From the NCBI GenBank assembly GCA_014238055.1, contig JABABV010000002.1, positions 4,422 to 68,421 on the forward strand: a stretch of 64,000 bases of DNA, in the 5' to 3' direction. The position numbers were made by a program, and so were the translations under genes. The stretch is from Mycoplasmatales bacterium (lineage in GTDB: Bacteria > Bacillota_I > Bacilli_A > Mycoplasmatales > JABABV01). The notes under the pieces are model-generated. The model worked only from the letters and a program-made list of their open reading frames with translations, was not told the DNA's origin and did not search any database. This document shows positions 35,359-48,544 of the stretch, in pieces; positions within the stretch are counted from its first letter, which is position 1; each line of letters starts with the position of its first letter.

Positions 35359-35874
35359 ATGACTTTTAACAACGAAACCAATTCAAACGATGCAACATTA
35401 TTAAATAATAAAATATTGATGACACGTGAAGGATTAGAGAACAGTAAAATAGAATTAAAAGAATTAGTTAATGTAACTCGAAACGAAGTTATTCGTGAAA
35501 TTCAAGAAGCTAGAGCTCAAGGAGACTTAAGTGAAAATGCTGATTACGATTCTGCTCGTAATCGTCAAGCGCAAGTTGAATCACGTATTAAAGAATTAGA
35601 AAATAGAATCGAAAAAGCGGAAATTATCGATCAAAAACATATCGGTAATACTGTAAAAATCGGAGCTGTAGTAACTTTAGAAAACATGACTACTAAAAAA
35701 AGCAAAGAATATACTATCGTTGGTTCAGTAGAAGCTAATCCATTCGATAATAAAATTTCAAACGAAGCACCTTTAGCACAAGCTATTTTAGGAGCTTCTA
35801 AAAATGATATTATTGTTATCAATAATGTCGAAAAACCGTACAAAGTTAAAATAATAAGTATTAAAAGTAAATAA
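35359..35874 (+). CDS. greA: transcription elongation factor GreA
   Basis: Motifs AQGDLSENADYDSAR and a C-terminal FKBP-like domain. Intact ORF. Confidence 0.92.
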   Translation: MTFNNETNSNDATLLNNKILMTREGLENSKIELKELVNVTRNEVIREIQEARAQGDLSENADYDSARNRQAQVESRIKELENRIEKAEIIDQKHIGNTVKIGAVVTLENMTTKKSKEYTIVGSVEANPFDNKISNEAPLAQAILGASKNDIIVINNVEKPYKVKIISIKSK

Positions 35875-35928
35875 TATATTTTTTAATATTTCACTTTTAT
35901 ACAAAAATTTAGTGATATCACTAAATTA

Positions 35929-35967
35929 AACAGATAGTCCTCAAATAAGGTATATCTGTTTTTTTAT
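35929..35967 (+). terminator. rho-independent terminator after greA
   Basis: aaacagata / tatctgttt stem followed by T7. Confidence 0.7.
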
Positions 35968-36122
35968 TCTTATAAAAATATTTAAATTGGCAATTGCTCT
36001 AAAATATAGAATATGATATTATAATATAATTTATAAAATCTAAAATCTTTTATAAATTATGACATTATAAATATATTGTAGTAATATATAAGTAAGCAGA
36101 AATAAAATATTAGGAGAAATTT

Positions 36123-36605
36123 ATGAATAAAAAAATCGTCGATCTATTACGTTTACAAGTTATGGAAGAATATCAATCGGTATTAACGTTTACTCATTTA
36201 GCAGCTAAAATAGAATTATTAGGTTTTGCTGGTTATGCAAAATGAATGCAACATGCTGTTGAAGAAGAATTCAAACATGTCAATAAAGTAATCACTTATT
36301 TATTAGACCGTGACCAAGATCCACAAATCAAACAAAGTTTACCACACCCAATTTGTGAAGCTAAATTAGACAATATTAAAGATATCGCTGAATGATATTT
36401 TAAATATCAAAAAACAGTTAGTGGACAATATAGTAATTTATACGATCAAGCTCTACAAGAAAAAGATTTTCAAACAGTGACTTTAGCACGCTTTTTCGTT
36501 GAAGATCAAATCGAAGAAGAAAAATTAGCGCAAGATATTTTAGATATCATAAACAACGCTAAAGATCCAATTATCGCCGATATGCGTATTGAATCTTTAC
36601 TATAA
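36123..36605 (+). CDS. ferritin-like (non-heme ferritin/Dps superfamily) protein
   Basis: Four-helix-bundle pattern with ferroxidase-type residues (E..E..Y, EEEFKH, VEDQIEEEK). Two in-frame TGA codons. Confidence 0.72.
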
Positions 36606-36631
36606 AAATATTTTAAAAATATAAACTTAAT

Positions 36632-36665
36632 AAATAACAAAAAACGTGTTTTTTTGTTATTTTTA
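36632..36665 (+). terminator. rho-independent terminator
   Basis: aataacaaaaaac / gtttttttgttatt stem. Confidence 0.65.
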
Positions 36666-36680
36666 AAAAAAGGTTGTGTA

Positions 36681-37568
36681 ATGATGAATATTTTTAAACT
36701 TAGACGAATATATATTAAAATTTTTAATATGTATAATATGCGTAAAAAAGTTTTAAATGTTTTTAGTTATGTCGTATTAGTAACATCTTTATCAAAAATT
36801 TTAGAACCGAAACTATTAGAACTAGAATGAATATTTTTTATGATTTATATTACTGTTTTTATTTATTTTTTAATTATTAATTATTTTATTTTCATAAATG
36901 AAAAACTCGCTTTATCTTGATATTGATTAATCGTTATCAAACATAGTGCTGATAGCAAAAATAAGCATTGTGAATTTAAAAGAGTCAGTAATTTATTAAT
37001 TAATTTAAATCAATACGATAATTTTAGAATGGATCAAAATCATAAAGATAGTGAAAAAAATTTAACGCATGCTTTCTTAACTTTGATGGTTTTTGCATTT
37101 TTCGTTATTTTTATTAGCGAACCATACGTGGAATGAATTATGTGATCAATTGCCTTTGTTGTCGAAATTTATTTTAAGATTTCATTGCATACTAATTCAG
37201 TGATTCAAAAAATTATTAAATGAGTATTGTTCAATAGTAAGCATTTATTATTTTTTGAAGAAAACGAGCATCAAGAAAAAAGCTCGCAATTCATTTTAAA
37301 GAAAATGATTAATCAAAAAAAAATTAATAAAATCTTATTAAAAGCAGCAGCGAAATATAAAATCACAATCGAAGATATTAAAGGACAAATCTTATATAAT
37401 CATAAAACTAGTCATCACTATAATGATTGTAAAAATTGTGAAAAAAAGACAAAACTCGCAAATGACACTTTATCAGAACAATTATTAAATTACAATAATA
37501 AAAAATTATTGAAAGAATATAAAGAAAGTAATCGTTTTTATAAAGTTATTTCTCATAAAATACATTAA
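36681..37568 (+). CDS. hypothetical membrane protein (295 aa)
   Basis: Frame open from ATG 36681 through several TGA codons into track ORF 37227-37568. The N-terminal half is hydrophobic and the C-terminal half is Lys-rich. Confidence 0.5.
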
Positions 37569-37655
37569 TTATAACTATATTTATATTAAATAATATGATA
37601 TTATTTTAGTTAGAATTTACGATTATAATTTTATTAAAAAAAACGAGGTTTAATT

Positions 37656-38318
37656 ATGGAAATTAACAAATATATTGATCACACAATATTAAAAGCAGAA
37701 GCAACAACAGACAAAATTAAAAAATTATGTCAAGAAGCGATGGAATATAAATTTAAAACAGTATGTCTTAACCCTTCTTGAGTAAAATTAGCACACGAAA
37801 CTTTAAAAGGTAGCGAAGTTGGCATTACAACAGTTATAGGATTCCCTTTAGGGGCTAATGCAACGATGGTAAAAGTTTATGAAGCTAAATTAGCGATTGA
37901 GCACGGAGCGACGGAAATTGATATGGTTATTAATATCGGACGCTTAAAAGATGGTCAAGACGAATACGTTTTAAACGAAATTCGTAAAATTAAAGCAGCT
38001 ATTAAAGGACATTGTTTAAAAGTTATTATCGAAAACGCTTTATTAACAAAAGAAGAAAAAATTAGAGCTTGTAAATTAGTAGTTCAAGCAGGAGCTGACT
38101 TCGTAAAAACTTCAACTGGTTTTTCATATAACGGAGCAACAATTGAAGACGTTAAATTAATGAAAGCTACTGTTGGTAATGCTATTGAAATTAAAGCAGC
38201 TGGTGGAGTACGTAATTTAGAAGATGCAAATAACATGATTGCTGCCGGAGCTACTAGAATAGGAACTAGTGCTGGAATTGCTATCGTTAGTGGTAAAACA
38301 GCTAAGAGCAGCTATTAA
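37656..38318 (+). CDS. deoC: deoxyribose-phosphate aldolase
   Basis: [31 protein letters not shown] (Schiff-base Lys). Confidence 0.9.
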
Positions 38319-38341
38319 TAGCTGTTAATTAGTATTTAAAT

Positions 38342-39697
38342 ATGTTAGATTTCTTATCTAATCGAATAACTAAAGCAATCGATAAAGCCGCTAAAAAAAA
38401 TACTTTAAATGAAGAAAATATTCAAATTACTTTACGCGAAATTCGTCTCGCTCTATTAGAAGCAGATGTTAATTTAAAAGTCGCTAAATTATTTATTAAA
38501 AATGTCAAAACAGAATTACTAGGAATTACAATTACGCCTGGTCTCGATGTTAAGCATCAAATTATTAAAGTAGTTGACCAAGAATTAACTAAATTATTAG
38601 GAACGAAAAATCAATCATTAAATCTATCGATTAAACCATCGACGATTATGATGGTTGGTTTACAAGGAACTGGTAAAACAACAACAGTTTCTAAATTAGT
38701 TTATCGTTTACGTAAACATAATAAACTGACTAAAATTTTAGCAGTTGCTTGTGATATTTATCGTCCTGCCGCAATTGCGCAATTAAAACAATTAGGATCG
38801 CAAAATCAGTTTGATGTTTTTTCAATGCCTGATAGTTCTGTAGTTGAAATTGCTCAAGCAGCTTTATCTAAAGCGAAAAATGAATTTTATGACGCTGTTA
38901 TTTTTGATACTGCCGGAAGACTCCATATCGATGAAAATTTAATGGATGAATTAGTTGATTTGAAAAAAACGGTTAAACCAAAAGAAATTTTATTAGTCGT
39001 TAGCGCAATGTCTGGTCAAGATATTATCAACGTTGCTCAAGTTTTTCACGATAAATTAACTTTAACTGGTTCAATAATTACTCAATTAGATTCTGATGCT
39101 CGTGGTGGAGCCGCTTTATCTTTACGTCAATTATTAAATTTACCAATTAAATTTATCGGGACTGGGGAAAATGTTAAAGATTTCGATCTTTTCCATCCTG
39201 AACGTATGGCCCAACGAATTCTTGGTATGGGTGATGCTTTAACGTTAATTGAAAAAGCTAGTGAATTTATTGATGAAAAATCAGCTAAAAAATCAATCAA
39301 TAAAATTGTTAGTGGAAAATTCAATATGAATGATCTTTTACAAAATTTACGCCAAATTAAAAAAATGGGAAAAATCGGTGGTTTATTAAAACTAATTCCG
39401 GGGATGCCAAAAATGTCAAACGAGCAAAAAGACAAAGCTCAAGAAACATTATTTTTAGCAGAAATAATTATTTCTTCAATGACATTTAAAGAACGCGCAA
39501 ATCCTAAATTACTAAAACAACCACGTCGTAAACAAAGGATTATTAAAGGTAGCGGTCGTAATGCGCAAGAATTTAATAAATTATTACGTCAATACGAACA
39601 AATGAAAAAACAAATGGATAAAATGAAAAACATGTTCAAAGGGAATAAAGGTGGCGGATTCAATCCAGCTAACCTTAGTTCTTTAATGGGCGGATAA
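38342..39697 (+). CDS. ffh: signal recognition particle protein Ffh
   Basis: GLQGTGKTTT, DTAGRL, TQLDSDARGG and a Met-rich M domain. Intact ORF. Confidence 0.93.
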   Translation: MLDFLSNRITKAIDKAAKKNTLNEENIQITLREIRLALLEADVNLKVAKLFIKNVKTELLGITITPGLDVKHQIIKVVDQELTKLLGTKNQSLNLSIKPSTIMMVGLQGTGKTTTVSKLVYRLRKHNKLTKILAVACDIYRPAAIAQLKQLGSQNQFDVFSMPDSSVVEIAQAALSKAKNEFYDAVIFDTAGRLHIDENLMDELVDLKKTVKPKEILLVVSAMSGQDIINVAQVFHDKLTLTGSIITQLDSDARGGAALSLRQLLNLPIKFIGTGENVKDFDLFHPERMAQRILGMGDALTLIEKASEFIDEKSAKKSINKIVSGKFNMNDLLQNLRQIKKMGKIGGLLKLIPGMPKMSNEQKDKAQETLFLAEIIISSMTFKERANPKLLKQPRRKQRIIKGSGRNAQEFNKLLRQYEQMKKQMDKMKNMFKGNKGGGFNPANLSSLMGG

Positions 39698-39744
39698 TTA
39701 TTTTTATTTTAATCATTTTATAATATAATATATTTAATAATTAA

Positions 39745-39975
39745 ATCTTATACGAAGTTTAAGAAGATTTCGAATTAGTAGTTAATTTTATAATAACAGC
39801 GACTAGATGGTAGTGGAAGTTCTAGTTAAATTAACCAATTTCAACCGAGTAAAAATCTTCTTATAAATTAAGTATAAAAACGATTAATTATATGAGCGCA
39901 CTTTAAAAGTGAACTAGAATGGTACCGCCCTTAATTGGGTTTCTAGATTATTTTTTAAAGTGCTTTTTTATTTTT
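39745..39975 (+). promoter_or_regulatory. T-box leader upstream of pheS-pheT
   Basis: Conserved T-box core AGAATGGTACCGCC (about 39916-39929) within the ctagaa...ttctag helix. It is followed by a T-run and then the RBS aaggagg of pheS. Confidence 0.7.
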
Positions 39976-39991
39976 TAAGGAGGAATCGCCA

Positions 39992-40984
39992 ATGAAAGAA
40001 ATCGACAATCTAGAACTAATCGTCGAACAATGTAGACAAGAATTAGTGACTAACACTAACTTCGAACAATTGAAACAATTAAGAGCAGTTTATTTAGGTA
40101 AAAAATCTAAACTAATCGCTGCGATGAGAATTATGGCTAAATTAAACCATGAGGAACGTATTAATTTTGGTAAAGCAGTTAATCAAGTTAAAAAACGTTT
40201 AAATGAAATGTTTGAGGGGCAAGTAAAAATAATTCAACAATTAGAGATTGATAAAAAAATTGCTGATGAAAAAATTGATGTAACGCTACCAGGAGCAGAA
40301 ATAGCGACTGGAGCAATTCATCCATTAAATTTAGTTTTAACTGATATTTTAAACTTTTTCTTAAATCGTGGTTATCAAATTTCAGAAGGTAACGAGATCG
40401 AAGAAGATGTTTATAATTTTGAAAAATTAAATTTAGCTAAAGGTCATCCTGCCCGTGATATGCAAGATTCTTTTTATATTAATAGTGAAACTTTATTACG
40501 TACTCATTGTACTGCTAATACGATTCGTGAATTAGAAAAAAATGATAACTATTTAAAAGTTGTTTCTTTCGGGAATGTTTATCGTCGTGATAACGATGAT
40601 AGCACTCATTCACATCAATTTAGTCAAGTCGATATCGTAAACGTTGGTAAAACAATTTCATTCGCTAATTTAAAATGAATGCTAACTGAAATGTGTCATT
40701 ATTTATTTGGAAAAGATGTACAAGTTCGTCTAAGACCTTCATATTTTCCGTTCACCGAACCTTCAGTAGAAGTAGATATTTTTTGAAAAGATCGTTGAAT
40801 TGAAATTCTAGGAGCAGGAATGTTACATCCAAATGTGCTAAAATCAGCTAATTTAGATAGTGATAAATTCCAGAGTTTTGCTGCTGGTATTGGAATTGAA
40901 AGAATTGCAATGATTAAATATAACGTTAATGATATTCGTGATTTTTATAATAATAATGTTGAATTTTTGAAAGGATTTCGTTAA
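39992..40984 (+). CDS. pheS: phenylalanine--tRNA ligase alpha subunit
   Basis: [38 protein letters not shown]. Confidence 0.92.
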
Positions 40985-41002
40985 AACGAATTAGTGAACA
41001 AT

Positions 41003-43393
41003 ATGCGTTTCTCTTTAAAGAAAATTAACCAAATCTTAAAAACTAAACTAAGTGTTGATGAAGTTGCTAAACTATGTAATCGCTTAGGTTTTGAAATTGA
41101 AGAAACTTATCAAATTAGTAATTTAGTAAGTCAATTTTTAGTAGTTGGTAAAATAGTTGAAATTAAAAAACATCCTCAAGCTGACCGTCTAAATGTTTGT
41201 CAAGTTATGATTAAACCAAACGTGACGACCCAAATCGTTTGTGGAGCTAGTAATGTAGCGTTAAATAAAAACGTTATCGTTGCTTTACCAGGGGCCGAAT
41301 TAGACCATATTACGATTAAAAAATCAGTTATTCGTGAAGTTGAATCGAACGGAATGATGTGTAGTTTAAGTGAAATTGGCGTTGATAAAAAATCTTTAAG
41401 CGAACAATTAGTTGAAGGTATTCATTTATTTGAATGTCCTGAAAGTGATCTTGGTAAAAATGCTTTAGAATTTTTAGGATTAAATGACTATTTCTTAGAA
41501 TTAGATATTTTAGCTGATCGTAGCGATATGAATAATAGTTTTAACGTTGCTCGCGAATTAGCAGCAGTTTTAAAAATTGATTTTGCAATTGAAAATTGTT
41601 TTTCAGCAATCGAAGCTGATTTTAAAAATAATAATAAAATAGTGATCAAAGATGAAGTTTGTTTTAGCTTTAGTAATTTATTTATTAAAGATTATCAAAA
41701 GCAAGATAGTCCTTGATGATTAGTTAGATATTTAATTGGAATTAAAATTAAATCAGTAAATTTATTAGTCGACTTAGCTAATTACGTTGCTAATTTAACT
41801 GGAAATCCAATCGATATTTACGATGCTAAAAAAATTAATAATCACGATTTAGAAATTATTAAAAATAATCAAAACCAAGAAATTAAATTAGTAAATATCT
41901 TAAAAGAAAAGAATATTAGTAATAAAGTAGTAATTAAAAATAGCGACCAAATTATCGCTCTTGCTGGATCTATCAACGGCCAAAATTATGCTATTAATGA
42001 TAATAGTAGTGCACTGATGATTACGAGCGCAAGTTACGATAATATAACGATGCGAAGCTATCAAAAAGAATTTAATAATCTTAATTTAAATCTAAATCAT
42101 CATATCAAAGGAACTAATTGAACGACTAATAAAGCTAGTTTAGAACTATTTGCTAAACTACTGAAAGAAATTTCAAAAACAACATTAGTTTCTAATGCAA
42201 ACGTTGCTAATAATAAAAAAGTTGTTACTAAAACAATTAAATTACCATTAGTAAAATTAAATAGTTTTTTAGGATACGAAACTGATTGAAAAGATCCTTT
42301 TAGTCATCTTGCTAGATTAGGTTTTATTTCTAAATTAACGCAGGCAATTTATGAAGTAGAAATTCCTGCTTATCGAATCGATGTTACGTTAGATGTTAAT
42401 TTAATAGCTGAATTAATTAGAACGCTCGATTACGATAAAATTAAAACGTTAGCACCAATTAATAAAGAAGCACCAACGTATCCTCAAGCACGTTATTATT
42501 GAGAACGTAATTTAATGAAATTATTACAAAATAATAATATTTATAATTGTCGTAGTTATAGTTTAGTTAGTGAAGAAGAATATCAAGATTACAATATCTT
42601 TAATTTTAAAAATCCAATTAAAATTAAAGATCCATTATCGAATTTACATTCAGTAATGCGTTGATCAATCTTGCCATCATTATTAAAAACTTTAGAATAT
42701 AACGCTAATAATTATCGTAGTGATATTAATTTATTTGAAATTAGTAGCATTCATTATAATGGTCGCGAAATTACACGTCATTTATCGATCGTAGTTAATG
42801 GTAATTTAGTCAATAGTCAAGTTTTCAAAGACTTAAACATCACTAATGATTTCTTTGCTGTTAAAGGACTAATTGATACGATCATTAAAACGACTAGAAA
42901 TAATAAAATTAGTTACGTAGCTTTAACTGACAACCCTCATTTTCATCCCGGAACGTCAGCTCTAATTAAAGTTGAAGATTGTGTTATTGGAGTTATTGGA
43001 AAACCACATCCTCAACATTATTCTAAATTTAGTCCATTAATCGTGACTATCGATTTAACAAAATTATATAATTTAAATAAATCTATTCAAGCGCCAACAA
43101 TTAATAAACTAGCAAATATTAATCGCGATATATCTTTTGTCGTTGCTGAAGATATTACAGCTGCTCAAATAGTTGCAGTTGCTCAAACAGCACCGATCGA
43201 AAATTTAATTAAAGTTGAAGTTAGTGATGTTTATGTAGATGATGCTTTAAAAGCTAATTCTCAAAAAGTATTAAGTATAAAATATTGATTAAAACAAACT
43301 GACAATAGTTACACTAAAGAAGAGCTAGAAAAACACATGGAAGCAATTATATTAGTAGTATGTAAGGAATTAAATGGTATTTTACGTAAATAA
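41003..43393 (+). CDS. pheT: phenylalanine--tRNA ligase beta subunit
   Basis: N-terminal tRNA-binding domain (KHPQADRLNVCQV). Fragments 40994 and 42671 are in one frame. The gene lies directly after pheS. Confidence 0.9.
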
Positions 43394-43458
43394 TGCTATA
43401 ATATTCTTATTGTTTAAAATTTATAAATTTATCTAAAAAATAGATCGCAAAAGGAGCA

Positions 43459-44436
43459 ATGATGACCACTTTTAAAAAACGTTCTACGTTAGCAAAAATT
43501 TTAGATTATATATTATTATTTACGATCATTTATCCAATTATCATGAATTTTGTATACGGTTATAGATGATATAAATGAGCTTTTCATATGCCGAAAGATT
43601 TGAATAATAGTGAACGTATTAAACAAATCCAATCAAAGCAAAATATTGATCATACGTTATGAACTAATGTTAAAAAAGAAACTTTTAAATTAGAAGTTAC
43701 TGAGAGCGCTATTATCGTTGGTAAACTTTTTATCGTTGACGAAAAAAGTACTAACTTTGTTTTCTTGCATCACGGTTGAACAGGAAATATGGAAACTAAT
43801 TTAAATATTGCTGAACCTTATTTACGTAACGGAGTTAACGTCATTGTTTATAACTCTCGTGGCCAAAATAATGTTAGTGGAACTTTATCATTAGGTTTCA
43901 AAGAAGCTGATGATTTATATATTGTTATTAAACATTTTATGGATTTATATAAAATCGATAAATTTGCAATAGCTGGTATTTCGATGGGAGCTGCAACTGT
44001 TTTACGTTTCACTGTTAAATATCACGATAGTTTAAAACCAGAATTTGTAGTTTTTGATTCAGGATATTGTAGTTTAAAATGACAAGTAAAACATGTTTTA
44101 AAAACTTACTATCATATTCCTTGATTTTATGGATATTTTGGAGCAACGATAATTACGCGATTAAAAGAAGGATTCTTTTTAGGTTTATTTACTAAAACTC
44201 ATGAAATTAAAAAAATTTCTGACGTGCCTTTCTTGATAATTCATTCTCGTGAAGATTTATTCGTTCCGATACACCACTCTGAAGTTCTCGAAAAACATCA
44301 TAAAGGTAAAAAATTAACTTTATTTGTTGATAAAGGTGAACATGGAGTTGTATATGATTTATACACAAAAAAATATATTAATTTAATTGACAAAATAATA
44401 AAAGAGGTGGATTTTAAAAATGAAAAAACAATTTAA
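43459..44436 (+). CDS. membrane-anchored alpha/beta hydrolase
   Basis: N-terminal TM, nucleophile elbow GISMGA, C-terminal IIHSREDLFVP..H. Three fragments are in one frame. Confidence 0.7.
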
Positions 44437-45868
44437 TGTCTGGCAAGCGGTTCTGTTTGTAATTGGTTTAGTTTTAGGAAGTGGATTATTTTACTCTGCT
44501 TATCTAATTACTGCCGCAACAAACAACCCTTGATTATCGCTAGTTTGTGTTGCAATAGGTGGAATAATCATCTTAATGCTAGCACAATGTTTCCGTGAAA
44601 TAAATTCCGGTTTTAAAGATAATGTCTTTATGCCAATTTGAATGAGAGGACTTGTTGGTAGACGTCTTGGTAGTTACTTAGCAGTTAATTTATCAGTTGT
44701 AGCTAGTCCTTTTGTCGCTGTCTTTATGAGTTATTTATTTTCACAATATTTAATTCCAGTATTCTATGTTCATAATAGTGCTTTCCTTTCTAACGGTAAC
44801 ATTAATGTAGTTGGTCATGCGACTTTTGTCGTTACTGTAGCAATTACTGCAGTTGTCGCATTTTCACTAATTAATACTTTCTCATTCGCGTTTGGAAAAT
44901 GATTTCAAGTAATCGGAACAGGTTTTAAATTACTTCCTGTTTTTGGAGTTATTATTTATGGAATTTGCGTAAGTAATAAATCAGGCTTCTGAAATCATCC
45001 GTTTGCCTGAAACAACCCTTCTCAAACAATAGATGCCCATACTTGAATTAAAGTAATATCACTTGGGATTGTGGCGTCATTCTTTGGATTTGATGGATTC
45101 TATTATGCTATTCGTTTAGGGAAAAATATTAAAAATCCTGATCGTAATGTTGGAAAAGTAATGCTTATTTCAGCAGTAGTATTAATCTTAATTTTCTTTT
45201 TATTCGTATACGCTGCTTTACAAATTAAAAAAAGCGGAAGTATTGAATTTAAAGAACCTTGAAAAAATAAAATTTTATATGTTTTATTTGCATGATCATC
45301 ATTAGTAGCGTTAAATGCTACGACTTATACTGGTTGTCGTATTTTTCAAGCAATTCAAAAAACTAAATTATTGCCTAAAGTAGTTGATTTAACGAAAGAA
45401 AATAGTAACGGTATGGCTGTTAATAGTGGTTTAGCATGTACGTTATTAAACACTTTATGAGCGGTAGTAACGTTTTCAATATTTTTAATTACTAAAAATC
45501 TTTTCTTTAATAATTTAATTACTGGATTAACTTCAACATTTTATTTTTGATTTGGAATTATTGCTTTATTTGCTTTAGTAAATCGTTTTACTAAAAAAGT
45601 AAAAACAACTGTTAAAGTAAAAGGGATTGCCTTTTATGCAATTGCGAGTTTTGTTGCATGTATTTACTTAACAATTTATAAAGTGTATAGTTTATATACA
45701 CCGGCAACAACAGCAATGCCGCACCCTCATCGAGTAGCTTTCTGAATGGTAATTGGAAGCACGCTTGTAGTGGTTGCAATTTGAGCTGTAATCGAATTAG
45801 TTTGAGCTAAAACTGGTTATCGAGATTTAAAAGATGATCAAGCAATAGCTAAAATACAAGAAAAATAA
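44420..45868 (+). CDS. APC-superfamily amino-acid permease
   Basis: The start overlaps the upstream stop by 17 nt. About 12 hydrophobic segments. N-terminal motif VIGLVLGSGLF. Fragments 44642 and 45071 are in frame. Confidence 0.72.
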
Positions 45869-45890
45869 AAAATAAATTTAAGGAAAAATA

Positions 45891-46325
45891 ATGCAAAAAT
45901 ATAACTATGCTGCTTTTAAAAATTTAATTTTAGATCGTGAAAATGAAAATATTGTTGTTAAGAGTTATTGACATACAATGGATGAAGCTTATCGCATTGC
46001 GATTAATTCAATCGATTTAATAATATATGTTGAACCTACTTTTTTAAAAAGAGGATTCTTAATGATTAAGTTTGTAAAAACTAATGCCGAGATCGCTTTA
46101 TTAAAAAAGAAAAAAAGTAAAAAACCAGAACCGGAATTAAGTCGTAAGTTAGCTAAGCAAAAACGAGTGCTAAGTATTCAACGAAAAATTTCGTATGGTT
46201 TTGGCGAACATATCGAAAATTTAATAAATGATTTAAAGAAAATCGACTCAGCAAAGAAAATTAGCGTTAGAGTATTTCCTAATTTAAAAGAAATGCGTCA
46301 AGTGTTTCACAAAAAAAGCAATTAA
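45891..46325 (+). CDS. hypothetical basic protein (144 aa)
   Basis: RBS aaggaaa. One in-frame TGA joins it to track ORF 45978-46325. No recognisable motif. Confidence 0.45.
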
Positions 46326-46335
46326 GTTTTAATTG
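46303..46335 (+). terminator. rho-independent terminator
   Basis: aaaagcaatta / taattgctttt stem followed by a T-run. Confidence 0.7.
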
Positions 46336-46429
46336 CTTTTTTTCATTGTAATAGTTTAGAATAGTAGTTAGGTTATAAAAAATATGATTTAACCTATTTA
46401 AATTAACAATAAGTTTAAGAGGAGTTAAA

Positions 46430-48544
46430 ATGATGAAATTAATTAATAAAGATCACGTTCTTTTAGAATTAGATTGTAATTCACAAGCGGAAACGTTTAA
46501 AGCGATTGCAACTAAAGCGAAAAAACTTGGTTTTTGTAATGACGAAGACGCTTTAATTAAAGCGTTTCAAAAACGCGAAAAAGAATCTACAACTGGTTTC
46601 GAAGATGGAATTGCAATTCCACACGCTAAAACAGACGCGATTATAAAACCAGCGATATTCTTAATTAAATTTAAATCAACGATTGATTGAAAATCAATGG
46701 ATGGAAAACCTACTAAAGTAGCAATTGCTATTTTAATACCAGGAAGTAATAAAATTAAATTTGATTACTTATCTGTTCTTGCAAAAATTTCAACAGAATT
46801 AATTGATGAAAAATTTCGCAAAGATTTAAAAGAAATTAAAGATCCTATTAAATTAGCAGACTTAATTAACAAAGTCGCTAACGCACCTAAAAAGAAAGCA
46901 ACTACTAAACAAGCACCTGCTGACGAAGATCAATTGTTCTTTGTAGGAATTACAGCTTGTCCAACAGGAGTTGCCCATACTTTTATGGCAGCTAAAAAAC
47001 TAACTAAAGTTGGTGAATCTTTAGGATATAAAGTTAAAATTGAAACTCAAGGAGCGGAAGGAATCGGTAATAAACTAACTGAAGCAGATATTAAAAAAGC
47101 TGATTACGTTATTATTGCTGCCGATATTAATGTTGAAGGAATGCACCGTTTTGGTGGTAAAAAAGTTCTCCATACTCACGTTGCTGCCCCTTTAAAAAAT
47201 GCTGAAAAAGTTTTCGAAGAAGCGCAAGAGGCACCAATGCAAAATGGTGGCAACGCTAGTGATGATGATGCTTTCATTAATCGCCAACGTGCTAAATCAA
47301 AAACTGGACCGATGCAACATTTAATGTCTGGAGTATCTTACATGATTCCATTCGTTGTTTGTGGAGGGATTTTATTAGCAATCTCTTTAGGACTAGGAGC
47401 AACCATTGATAGTAAAACTCATGCATGAGTATTTAAGAACCATTTCTGAAATGCTGTTAATATTATCGGAGTTGCTGGATTTACATTAATGATTCCTATT
47501 TTAGGAGGATTTATTGCTAATTCAATTGGTGGTCGATCTGCGATTGCCCCCGCCATGATCTTATCGTATATTATCGGTAATGGTAGTGGTAACTATACAG
47601 ATGGAACTCATACGTATACAGATATGATTCTATTTAATTGAAAAAATATGGATTTTGGAGGATTCGATGTAAATAATCCGGCGCATGCTGGGTTCTTCGG
47701 TTCAATTGCCGTTGGTTTTGCTGTCGGGTACGCAATTAGATATTGATTCAAAGTTGTTCATATCCCATCAGTTATGAAACCAATTGAACCAATTATCATT
47801 ATTCCATTATTATTCACTTTTGTAGGTTGATTATTTTTTGCTACAGTAGGTTATTGACCATTGTATGAATTATCAACTGGAATAAATTGATCAATTAAAA
47901 AATTAATCGATCACGATTTATTATTCTTAGTAGGACTTATTTTAGGAGCGATGGTTGCCTTTGATATGGGTGGACCAATTAACAAAGTTGCCTTTTTATT
48001 AGGAGCTAGTTATGTAAGTAAAGGTCATCCCGAAATCATGGGAATGGTTGCTGCTGCTATTGCAGTGCCACCAATTGGTTGTGGAATCGGTACTTTAATC
48101 GGTCGTTTTGTCTTTAAAGCTAAATTCGATAAAGAAGATGAAAGTAATGCTTCAGCAGCAATCGGAATGGGAATATTTGGAATCACTGAAGGAGCAATTC
48201 CTTTCGCAGTTAAATATCCAAAATTCATTCTATCTAATGTAATTGGTGGTTCTGTTGCTTCAGCACTAGCTGCTCTATTTATGTTTGGAGATAATGCTGC
48301 TCACGGGGGACCAATTGTTTATTTCGTAGGAGCAATTGGACATGCCGTGAAAAGTGGTGACGCTACTCATCCTTATGTTTCAGTAACTGCATATGGTTAT
48401 GGATTACTTTACTTAATAGTAATCTTAATCGGTTCATGCGTTACAGCTGCTTTAATGATTGTCATTAAAAAACATGATGATCGTAAAATTGCTAAAAAAA
48501 TGAAACTAGAAGAAATGTCGGGTATTAACAATGTTCAAAGTTAG
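46430..48544 (+). CDS. PTS fructose-family EIIABC permease (FruA/MngA-like)
   Basis: EIIA-2 His (GIAIPHAK), EIIB Cys (ITACPTGVAHTFMAA) and an EIIC domain. Three fragments are in one frame. Confidence 0.88.
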
